Assembly (NCBI GenBank): GCA_963662445.1
Contig: OY759590.1
Coordinates: 2,975,335-3,039,334 of the forward strand
DNA length: 64,000 nt
Reading direction: 5' to 3'
Origin: Desulfarculia bacterium
GTDB taxonomy: Bacteria; Desulfobacterota; Desulfarculia; Adiutricales; JAGVGV01
Part shown: positions 27,901 to 34,310 of the stretch, one piece after another
Layout of the letters: each line of letters begins with the position of its first letter
How positions within the stretch are numbered: position 1 is the stretch's first letter
Notes under the pieces: generated by a model
The model's database searches: none
What the model saw: the letters and a program-made list of their open reading frames with translations, nothing else
Told to the model about the DNA's origin: nothing
Program-made: the position numbers and the translations under genes

Positions 27901-29032
27901 ACTCAGCACATTGCGCGGACATCAGGGCGACGTAACTTCAATTTGCTTCGAACCTGAAGGCGTCTGGCTTGTCTCGGCCGGTGAAGATGCAACCATACGG
28001 CAATGGGATCTCAAGACCGGGCTCTGCCTGAGAGTCATCGAAGCCAACGGCGGCAGGATAAATGCACTGCGGGTGACCCCCGACGGACAATATATCCTCT
28101 CCGGCGGGGAGGATATGATTGTCAGAATATGGGACGCCGCTACCGGTGTGTCTCTGGGGGAACTGACAGGGCACCGCTCACCGGTCAACTCCCTGGCCGT
28201 CAGTCTCGACGGCCGGGCGGTGCTGACGGCCTCAGGCGGCGCAACCGGCGAAGACAGTCTGGTCCGCTTGTGGGATATGGCCACGGGGAACCTGAAACAA
28301 GTCATCTCCGGCCATGAACGGCCGGTCAACAGGGTCTGTTTCAGCCCTGACGGAAACACCGCCTACTCGGCTTCCTCGGACAAAACCATAAAAGCCTGGC
28401 GTCTTTCCGACGCTTCCTGCCTGCGGACATACACAGGACATGCCGGAGCAGTCAATACCTTGTCCTTGAGCACTGACGGACGCTTTCTGCTTTCGGGCGG
28501 ATACGACCGGACGGTCAGACTGTGGGACGCGAGGACAGGGGCATGTCTGCGGGTTTTTGAAGGACACTCTGCGCCGGTCCTGGCCGTTTCTTTCAGTCCC
28601 GACGGCTGTTATGCCGTTTCCGGCGGGGCCGACAACCTGATAAAAATATGGACCTTGGACTGGTCCCTGGACTCTCCCCCGCTGACCGGCTGGGAGGAAT
28701 CGGCCGATGTATGGCTCAAAGCCTTCCTCCGCACACGTGAGGGTTTCATCCCTCTCGCCGGTCCGGAACAGAAATCCGAGCCGGTTTCATGGGCGGATGG
28801 CGACCTTAAACAGCTTCTCTACACCCTTGCTTGCGCCGGATACGGCTGGCTGGCCCCGGCCGATGTTTCCGCCCGGCTTCAAGCCTTGTCCGGACGGCCG
28901 CTCGGCGCAAATGAGCCTGCCGGACCTGCCGCCGAATCCGGCACTGACGGCGCGGCCGTTCAGAAACAGAAGGGCTGGTGGTCAGCCTTTATAAGCCGCC
29001 TCCGCCACAGTTCAGGACCAGGGCCACGATAA
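24998..29032 (+). CDS. Zinc-ribbon - Ser/Thr kinase - TPR - 14x WD40 (two 7-bladed propellers) protein, 1344 aa
   Basis: N-terminal CPKCG..CRKCG. Kinase motifs GEGGMGRVYKV, LAVKV, HLDVKPANVLI (non-RD), TDFGLAR and YFSPEQ. TPR segment (NNQAVSLLDLGRLDEAEKLWDRALAAQPHH...). I counted fourteen GH..x..S.DG..SGG.D.T[IV][RK].W[DE] repeats by eye. Confidence 0.9.
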   Translation: MMTKSTIACPKCGARYKNVPLEMNGRKYTCRKCGADFILRLKEQAAAPPEPPGERPRPAPPAATVQAFNRQPAATVPVLPEDRKTPAVTVLAADASQPAPSVSDGKLDWNIGDIVLELYEVTGLLGEGGMGRVYKVRHRDWGVDLAVKVPKPDILAAVGGAENFEREAETWVNLGLHPHSASCYYVRRIGGLPCVFAEFVSGGSLHDWIAGQGDDLPPLYRGGPRKALTRIMDLAVQFAWGLKYAHEQGLVHLDVKPANVLISAEGLAKVTDFGLARAKAGPAGDAGADSSETEEQEKKQPAGTREYFSPEQAAGRTLDLHSDMWSWALCLLEMFKGGRTWEFGSVGAAVLKEYLEAGVSASWLPPMPPELAEILTRCFHEEPQLRPADMGEVAGSLVEAFRQITGQDYKRSEPVSGAATADSLNNQAVSLLDLGRLDEAEKLWDRALAAQPHHPESTYNQGLQFWREGRINDDALIESIIESSRSFRGLWTCDYYRALIHMERGDCQSALELLRSLPDEDAAREEVAALRGRAEADIAVSNRLTRIMKGHASNVNGVAVARDGSLAVSASDDRNVGVWNLESGSLTAMLTGHGGSVNSVAMDQSSRLVLSGGGDFASRDYLLRLWDLKEMRLVRELKGHQKKVNSVCLSHDGRLAASGGDDRTVRFWDTLTGEEIAQWTAHEGPVRAVCFSRDARNLFSGGADHKVKVWDVDSRNCLRTLEGHTGQINSLAVGLTKRYVVSAASDRTLRLWDLATGRCERVMSGHRAEINAVSVSDDHSFALSCGSDRTLKLWELASGRCLRTFEGHESWVLSSAIAGQAPLAVSGSVDSSMRIWKVNPGERNFTAPMVLSRVSTSELIVSAGETYEMHLNQAQEALKQGRASVAAEHLKEARSQPGYDRGTEAVRIWSALYLHLPRSGFRSGWETGTMAGHGLDVTVLAVTPNGRHVVSGSADKTLKIWGAADGSGLSTLRGHQGDVTSICFEPEGVWLVSAGEDATIRQWDLKTGLCLRVIEANGGRINALRVTPDGQYILSGGEDMIVRIWDAATGVSLGELTGHRSPVNSLAVSLDGRAVLTASGGATGEDSLVRLWDMATGNLKQVISGHERPVNRVCFSPDGNTAYSASSDKTIKAWRLSDASCLRTYTGHAGAVNTLSLSTDGRFLLSGGYDRTVRLWDARTGACLRVFEGHSAPVLAVSFSPDGCYAVSGGADNLIKIWTLDWSLDSPPLTGWEESADVWLKAFLRTREGFIPLAGPEQKSEPVSWADGDLKQLLYTLACAGYGWLAPADVSARLQALSGRPLGANEPAGPAAESGTDGAAVQKQKGWWSAFISRLRHSSGPGPR

Positions 29033-29060
29033 GGACAAGGGTCCATATCAGGTTACGCAT
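28989..29060 (-). CDS. Candidate small hydrophobic peptide (23 aa, MRNLIWTLVLIVALVLNCGGGGL)
   Basis: ATG at 29060 is preceded by AAAAAAGGAGGTTCCCCCC (strong SD, ~7-nt spacing). It is below the ORF-track size cut-off. It overlaps the 3' end of the kinase gene convergently by 44 nt. Supported only by the SD and hydrophobic composition. Confidence 0.3.
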   Translation of the reverse strand: MRNLIWTLVLIVALVLNCGGGGL

Positions 29061-29196
29061 GGGGGGAACCTCCTTTTTTGGTGCTTGGATTTGTAACGAA
29101 TTTGTAACGCTTTTCAGGCAAGAAAAGGGCGCTTGCTCCGGTGGTTGAAACCGACGCAAACGCCCTTTTATATTGGGAAAATGGCTTATCTTATTT

Positions 29197-29273
29197 TGGT
29201 AGCGGGGACAGGATTTGAACCTGTGGCCTTCGGGTTATGAGCCCGACGAGCTACCTGACTGCTCCACCCCGCA
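29197..29273 (-). tRNA. Initiator tRNA-fMet (anticodon CAT)
   Basis: Reverse complement is TGCGGGGTGGAGCAGTCAGGTAGCTCGTCGGGCTCATAACCCGAAGGCCACAGGTTCAAATCCTGTCCCCGCTACCA. It is nearly identical to E. coli tRNA-fMet. It has three G-C pairs in the anticodon stem and an unpaired 1:72 position, both initiator hallmarks. CCA is encoded. Confidence 0.95.
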
Positions 29274-29454
29274 ACACGAAATGGAACATTGCCACATGCC
29301 TTTGCTTCTGTCAACATAAAACTCGACGTTCGCACATATAAATCAGGTGCAAAGATGGGCGGCTGCCACCCGGGGGTTGAGAAGGTTCTGGCTGTTTGTC
29401 CGCGTATCTGCTATTTTCCTAAAGATAACAACCCGGAAGCAATGGGAGAAGATA

Positions 29455-30654
29455 ATGAAACGTTACGTTATCATCGGCAATGGCGTGGCCGGAGCCACGG
29501 CGGCGGAAAAAATCAGGGCCAACGACGCGGAAGGGGCCATCACCATACTCTCTCAGGAAGCCAACTCATTTTATTATCGGGTCCGTCTGCCCGACGTGGT
29601 GGCCGGGGAAGTCGATATCTCCAGGATTACCTTGCGCACCGCCGAATGGTATGAAAAGAACCGCATGAAGCTCTGCCTGAACGAATCGGCCGTTCGGATC
29701 GATCCGGCTGGAGGCAAGGTCTTTTCGGACCGGGGCAATGAATATGGATACGACGAACTGCTGCTGGCCGTGGGAGCCCGCAGCTTCATGCCGCCGGTGC
29801 CCGGATCGGACAAGAAAGGCGTTTTTGCCTTGCGCGACTGGCGCGACGCCACTTCCATAGCCGAACGGGCGGGAAAAACGGATTCGGCCGTCCTTATCGG
29901 CGGCGGTCTGCTGGGACTGGAGACCGGTTACGGTCTGATAAGGAGAGGCCTCAAAGTTCGTGTCGTGGAATTTTTCGACCGCCTGCTGCCCCGTCAGATG
30001 GACCCGCAAGGCGCGGCCAAACTTCAGCGCAGGCTGGAGGATATCGGTTTCTCCTTTTATCTGGGGGCCAAATCCAGGGAAATTGTCGGCCGGGATGAAG
30101 CCGAAGGGCTTCTCCTGGAAGATGATCGGCTTGTATCGGGCGGCCTGATTCTTTTTTCAGCCGGGGTCAGGCCTAATCTGGATCTGGCCAGGGATTCCGG
30201 TCTGGAAGTGGACAAAGGGGTCAAGGTCGATGACTCTCTGCGGAGCAGCAGTGAACACATCTGGGCCGCCGGCGACCTGATTGAACACCGGGGCAGGGTT
30301 TACGGCATCTGGCCAGCGGCCAAGGCCCAGGGTGAAGCGGCCGGGATAAACATGGCCGGGGGCAAGGCGCTTTACGAAGGGACAGTAATGTCGAATTCCC
30401 TGAAGGTAGTCGGCGTGGACCTGACCGCGGCCGGGAACATAGATCCGGAAAACCAGTTGGACGCAGCGGTTTTTGAGGACGAAGACATCTACCGGAAGAT
30501 CGTCATGGAAGACGGCCGGATCGTCGGCTTCATCTTCTACGGAGCGGGAAAAGGCGTCAAAGAGTGCCAGTCCGCCCTGGAAAAAGGCCTTGATGTGGCT
30601 GCTCACCGGCGGGACCTGGCTGAAGCGGATTTCGATTTTGCGAAGCTATTCTGA
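29455..30654 (+). CDS. FAD/NAD(P)-dependent pyridine nucleotide-disulfide oxidoreductase (NirB / rubredoxin-reductase-like)
   Basis: GGGAGAA RBS precedes ATG 29455. MKRYVIIGNGVAGATAAEKIR is a GxGxxG FAD fold, VLIGGGLLGLETG is a second Rossmann motif, and IWAAGD is near the C-terminal third. Confidence 0.85.
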   Translation: MKRYVIIGNGVAGATAAEKIRANDAEGAITILSQEANSFYYRVRLPDVVAGEVDISRITLRTAEWYEKNRMKLCLNESAVRIDPAGGKVFSDRGNEYGYDELLLAVGARSFMPPVPGSDKKGVFALRDWRDATSIAERAGKTDSAVLIGGGLLGLETGYGLIRRGLKVRVVEFFDRLLPRQMDPQGAAKLQRRLEDIGFSFYLGAKSREIVGRDEAEGLLLEDDRLVSGGLILFSAGVRPNLDLARDSGLEVDKGVKVDDSLRSSSEHIWAAGDLIEHRGRVYGIWPAAKAQGEAAGINMAGGKALYEGTVMSNSLKVVGVDLTAAGNIDPENQLDAAVFEDEDIYRKIVMEDGRIVGFIFYGAGKGVKECQSALEKGLDVAAHRRDLAEADFDFAKLF

Positions 30655-30713
30655 TTGTGGTCGGTTCCGGAAAAAAACAGTCTGCATTAAAATATAAAAA
30701 CTTGTCTGCCTCG

Positions 30714-30748
30714 ATACTCCCCCGTCGCTTTCGGCGGGGGAGTATTTT
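30714..30748 (+). terminator. Intrinsic terminator after the oxidoreductase gene
   Basis: An 11-bp stem ATACTCCCCCG / CGGGGGAGTAT is followed by TTTTG. Confidence 0.75.
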
Positions 30749-30780
30749 GACCAAATCTCCACAGGAAACCGTGTAGTTGA

Positions 30781-31088
30781 GGGGGCAGCGACCAGCGGGA
30801 GCGCCGGGGGCGTTCAGCCCCCGGAATGGGTCCAGGCGACAGCCTGGGGGGCAGCGACCAGCGGGAGCGCCGGGGGCGTTCAGCCCCCGGAATGGGTCCA
30901 GGCGACAGCCTGGGGGGCAGCGACCAGCGGGAGCGCCGGGGGCGTTCAGCCCCCGGAATGGGTCCAGGCGACAGCCTGGGGGGCAGCGACCAGCGGGAGC
31001 ACCGGGGGCGTTCAGCCCCCGGAATGGGTCCAGGCGACAGCCTGGGGGGCAGCGACCAGCGGGAGCACCGGGGGCGTTCAGCCCCCGG
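30781..31088. repeat. Tandem array, 66-nt unit x ~4.7 copies
   Basis: The unit is ggggggcagcgaccagcgggagcgccgggggcgttcagcccccggaatgggtccaggcgacagcct. Unit starts are 30781, 30846, 30912, 30978 and 31044. Units 1-3 carry gagcGccggg and units 4-5 carry gagcAccggg. Each unit has two 6-bp GC hairpins, GGGGGC-gttca-GCCCCC and CCAGGC-gaca-GCCTGG. Confidence 0.95.
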
Positions 31089-31095
31089 AGGAGCT

Positions 31096-31402
31096 TGTTG
31101 ACAAAGTCCCACCAAAGGCCGTTGAAAGAGGAGAAGGCTCCGAGAATAACTATGCAGGCGGGATGCTTCGCCCCTGCCGCGAACGGCTGCGACTTCGGAC
31201 AATCTTTCCCGCCCAGACCAAGGGGACGCCCAAGCGGCCGCGTCCCCTTGGAACCCCCGGCCTTTTTTAACCCGTCGAACGGGCATCCGTGCCCTTCGCC
31301 GGGGGGCGAACATCCATGTTCGCCGAAGAAAGCGGAAACCGGAAAATCGGCTTTTGGGGGTACAGGTCGGGTTGATAAAGACAACAACGGGGTTTGTCAA
31401 CA
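31096..31402. repeat. 307-nt non-coding element bounded by 10-bp terminal inverted repeats (TGTTGACAAA ... TTTGTCAACA), MITE-like
   Basis: The TIRs were read directly at 31096-31105 and 31393-31402. The element interrupts the REP-like array, which resumes at 31403. The interior holds a ~80-nt module that recurs inverted at 38461-38538, plus several long hairpins (12-bp CCAAGGGGACGC/GCGTCCCCTTGG at 31218-31251; GGCGAACAT-cc-ATGTTCGCC at 31305-31324). No target-site duplication is evident. Confidence 0.35.
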
Positions 31403-31517
31403 GCCTGGGGGGCAGCGACCAGCGGGAGCGCCGGGGGCGGTCAGCCCCCGGAATGGGTCCAGGCGACAGCCTGGGGGTCCAGGCGCAAGCCTGGCGGGCC
31501 GGGCGACAGCCTGGGGG
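31403..31517. repeat. REP-like element copy (one array-type unit plus extra CCAGGC-GNNA-GCCTGG hairpins)
   Basis: The sequence is gcctggggggcagcgaccagcgggagcgccgggggcggtcagcccccggaatgggtccaggcgacagcctgggggtccaggcgcaagcctggcgggccgggcgacagcctggggg. Confidence 0.85.
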
Positions 31518-31552
31518 AAAACAAAAGGGGAAACCATGACTGGTTTCCCCTT
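31517..31552 (-). terminator. Intrinsic terminator of the SRP RNA gene
   Basis: On the minus strand, a 12-bp perfect stem AAGGGGAAACCA-gtca-TGGTTTCCCCTT is followed by TTGTTTTC. It sits about 10 nt after the predicted SRP RNA 3' end. Confidence 0.8.
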
Positions 31553-31561
31553 CTAAATCAA

Positions 31562-31833
31562 GCTTGGCCGCGCACCCTTTGTCGAGCACGAGGGAAAATA
31601 CATCCGCTGCGGAGAAAGGGAGGCCCGAAACATCCACGACACATACTGCGTTGGTTACCGCTGCTTCCTTCCGGATCTGACGGGGTTCGCAACCGTTTGT
31701 TGCGCAGAGTCAAGCCTGTTTCAACCGAAGACGAAGCATCTTCCGACTCGAAGCCCTAAAAAGGGAATTCAACCCCGCTAAGCGGATTTCGGGTGCAGGG
31801 CACCGCTAACTCCCCGTCTAGCGCGACCAAGCC
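31562..31833 (-). ncRNA. ffs: Signal recognition particle RNA, long (Alu-domain-containing, Bacillus-type) form
   Basis: The minus strand contains the universal domain IV motif GTCAGATCCGGAAGGAAGCAGCGG. A 5' segment GGGGAGTTAGCGGTGCCCTGCACCCGAAATCCGCTTAGCGGGGTTGAATTCCC closely parallels the B. subtilis scRNA Alu domain as I recall it (GGGGAGGUAGCGGUGCCCUGUACCUGCAAUCCGCUCUAGCAGGGCCGAAUCCC). The 5' GCTTGGTCGCGC pairs with the 3' GCGCGGCCAAGC. Ends are accurate to about +/-5 nt. Confidence 0.85.
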
Positions 31834-31877
31834 GAAATTGGTGCTTGCTTCTTTGCAGATCCTCTACGGAGAGGGGA

Positions 31878-32153
31878 TCAAGCGTCGACCCGCTCTTTTA
31901 ATTCGCGGCCGACTTTGAAAAAGGGCAGGCGTTTTTGGTCAACCTGAATGACTTCACCGGTTTTGGGGTTACGGCCCTGATAGCCGTCATAGGCTTTGAC
32001 TTTGAAACTCCCGAAACCACGGATTTCTATTCTTTCACCCTTTGCCAAGGCTTCTTCCAGAGCGCCGAAAAACGTCTTGACCACTTCTTCGGCCTCTTTG
32101 ACGGTCATGCCCTCAGACTTTGCCAGTTGTTCGGTTAACTGGGACTTATTCAC
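31878..32153 (-). CDS. HU/IHF family DNA-binding protein (IHF-beta-like)
   Basis: The sequence MNKSQLTEQLA...GERIEIRGFGSFKVKAYDGYQGRNPKTGEVIQV...FKVGRELKERV is a classic IHF/HU fold sequence. Confidence 0.9.
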   Translation of the reverse strand: MNKSQLTEQLAKSEGMTVKEAEEVVKTFFGALEEALAKGERIEIRGFGSFKVKAYDGYQGRNPKTGEVIQVDQKRLPFFKVGRELKERVDA

Positions 32154-32371
32154 GGGCGTTCTCCTTCTCCTGGAAGCTCCCCGTTGGAACCTGCGTTAAT
32201 CAGGTAAATTATACCTGTAGTAAGGGAAAAATCAAGCAGCAAATTCATGTGGCGAGGATAAGCCGTCTGAAGCGGATTCCCGGACAGGTACAAAAATAAT
32301 GGCGGATGGGGAAAGTATAGTTGCTTTTTATGAAGGCCTGGTCTATAACTCTCCCGAGTCGAGGCGCATAT

Positions 32372-33466
32372 ATGTTCGAAAAACTGGTTTCTGACGGCGT
32401 AGCTACCCTGGTGCCTTATCCTCCCGGCAAGCCTCTTGACGAGCTTGAAAGGGAGCTGGGTATTTCAGGGGCTATAAAGCTGGCTTCCAACGAAAATCCG
32501 CTTGGTCCTTCACCTGTCGCACAGGCGGCTATCCTTGCCGCCGTACCTCATCTGCATAGATATCCGGACGGCAGAGGCTATTACCTCAAGCAGAAACTGG
32601 CCGGTTCACTCGGTGTGGACATGGCTGAGCTGGTCCTGGGTAACGGCTCGAACGAGATCATTGAGCTGGTGGTCAGAACATTTCTGCGGCCGGGCATGGG
32701 GACTGTTTTTTCATACCCTACCTTTCTGGTCTATGAAAAAGTGGTCCAGGGCGCGGGCGGAACGGTTACCCGGGTGCCTCTGCGCAAGTTCCGGCACGAC
32801 CTGAACGCCATGGCCAGGGTTGTCGACGGGAATACCCGTCTGGTCTTCATCGACAATCCCAACAATCCCTCCGGAACCCTGTTGGCGCCTGCCGACGTAA
32901 AGTCTTTTATTGAAGACCTGCCGGAGACGGCCATCGTGGTTCTGGACGAAGCCTACCGTGATTTCGTTCGCGGAGCCGACCTGCTGGACCCGGCCGAACT
33001 GCTGCATGGCCGGCATCCGGTCATTTTCCTTCGCACCTTTTCCAAAGCGTACGGTCTGGCCGGGTTGCGTCTGGGCTATGGATTGGCCCCAGCCGAACTG
33101 GTGGATTACCTTGACAGGGTCAGGCAGCCCTTCAACGTCAACACTTTGGCTCAAGTGGCCGCCATGGCCGCCATGGATGACGATGATTTTTACCGCCGCA
33201 CAAGGGAAGTGGTCTGGTCCGGGCTGGATTGGCTCTGGGAAAAACTTGACGAAATAGGCCTTAAATACCACCATACCCAGACAAATTTCTTTCTGATCGA
33301 ACTTGACAGACCCGCCGAAGAAGTCACTCAGGCCATGCTCCGCGAGGGTGTTATCATCCGCTCGATGAAGAGCTACGGCCTCGAAAAATACATCAGGATA
33401 AATATCGGCCTGCCCGAGGAAAACGAACGTTTCGTAAAATCTCTCAGGAAAGTGCTGGGCCGCTGA
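32372..33466 (+). CDS. hisC: Histidinol-phosphate aminotransferase
   Basis: Contains YPPGKPLDELERELG...IKLASNENPLGPSP...YPDG, and SKAYGLAGLRLGY is the PLP-lysine motif. I chose ATG 32372. Confidence 0.85.
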   Translation: MFEKLVSDGVATLVPYPPGKPLDELERELGISGAIKLASNENPLGPSPVAQAAILAAVPHLHRYPDGRGYYLKQKLAGSLGVDMAELVLGNGSNEIIELVVRTFLRPGMGTVFSYPTFLVYEKVVQGAGGTVTRVPLRKFRHDLNAMARVVDGNTRLVFIDNPNNPSGTLLAPADVKSFIEDLPETAIVVLDEAYRDFVRGADLLDPAELLHGRHPVIFLRTFSKAYGLAGLRLGYGLAPAELVDYLDRVRQPFNVNTLAQVAAMAAMDDDDFYRRTREVVWSGLDWLWEKLDEIGLKYHHTQTNFFLIELDRPAEEVTQAMLREGVIIRSMKSYGLEKYIRINIGLPEENERFVKSLRKVLGR

Positions 33467-33471
33467 ACGGA

Positions 33472-34173
33472 ATGATATCCGCTAAAAAGATCATAACCAT
33501 AGACGGCCCCGCCGGGGCCGGCAAAAGCACCTTGGCCCGCCGTCTGGCCGAAAAACTCAACTGGACCTATCTGGATACCGGCGCAATGTATCGGGCCGTC
33601 GGACTGTCCGCCTCGGAAAAGGGCGTGGACGTCAACGATGAAGACGGCCTGAGTGAAGTCCTGCGCGCCCTGGAACTCAGGGTGGCCCCGGGAGAAGATA
33701 CAACCAGGGTTTTTCTCGGCGAGCGCGAAGTAACCGATGAAATCCGCCAGCCCCACGTCAGCGCCCTGGCTTCGGCGGTTTCCGCCCGGAAGGTAGTCCG
33801 GGAAGCCATGCTGAGTATTCAGCGCGGTATTGGTTTGCAAGGCGAAGTTGTGGCCGAAGGCCGCGACATGGGGACAGTGGTTTTTCCCGAGGCCGAATTC
33901 AAATTTTTTCTAGATGCGTCACTGGAAGAACGTTCCCGGCGGCGGTTCGAAGAATTGCTGGCCATGGGAAAAAACGTGAACCAGGATGAAGTCCGCGAAG
34001 ATATGCGCAGTCGCGATCAGGCGGATTCGACCAGGGCTCTGGCCCCCCTGAAACCGGCCAGCGACGCCGTGGTTCTGGATACGACCCTTTTGGGCGTCGA
34101 ACAGGTATTGTCCGTAATGTTGAGCCTTATTCAGGAAAAACTGGATCAGGACAACAACAAATATAAAGGTTGA
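33472..34173 (+). CDS. cmk: Cytidylate kinase
   Basis: ITIDGPAGAGKSTLARRLAEKLNWTYLDTGAMYRAV is the P-loop and Cmk signature. The cmk-rpsA-ihfB gene order matches many Proteobacteria. Confidence 0.9.
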   Translation: MISAKKIITIDGPAGAGKSTLARRLAEKLNWTYLDTGAMYRAVGLSASEKGVDVNDEDGLSEVLRALELRVAPGEDTTRVFLGEREVTDEIRQPHVSALASAVSARKVVREAMLSIQRGIGLQGEVVAEGRDMGTVVFPEAEFKFFLDASLEERSRRRFEELLAMGKNVNQDEVREDMRSRDQADSTRALAPLKPASDAVVLDTTLLGVEQVLSVMLSLIQEKLDQDNNKYKG

Positions 34174-34310
34174 TTTGTATAATCATACCTGTTATAAGGA
34201 AAAAGTTTTAAAAGTGAGTACCACCAAAAAAAATATAAGTCGTAAAACGAAAAATTGGTGGGGCTGTGAGCTAGAGACTTACAGTTCGATTAGGGGGTAT
34301 TTTGGAAAAC

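Noticed and set aside
30781-31088. Possible CRISPR array
   Set aside because: The units are directly abutting and essentially identical across the full 66 nt, so there are no unique spacers. No cas genes or leader are present, and the same hairpin occurs as solo copies elsewhere.
31098-31126. TTGACA inside the conserved 80-nt module as the -35 box of an sRNA promoter
   Set aside because: Neither copy of the module has an acceptable -10 hexamer 16-19 nt downstream (it reads GTTGAA). The TTGACA is better explained as part of the terminal inverted repeat.
30557-31637. Three long ORFs (276, 316 and 259 aa on both strands) that span the tandem array and would encode Pro/Gly/Arg-rich repeat proteins
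   Set aside because: They are open on both strands and in several frames only because the GC-rich 66-nt unit (a multiple of 3) lacks stop codons. They have no RBS, no credible start context and a nonsense composition. They also run through the terminators and the SRP RNA gene.
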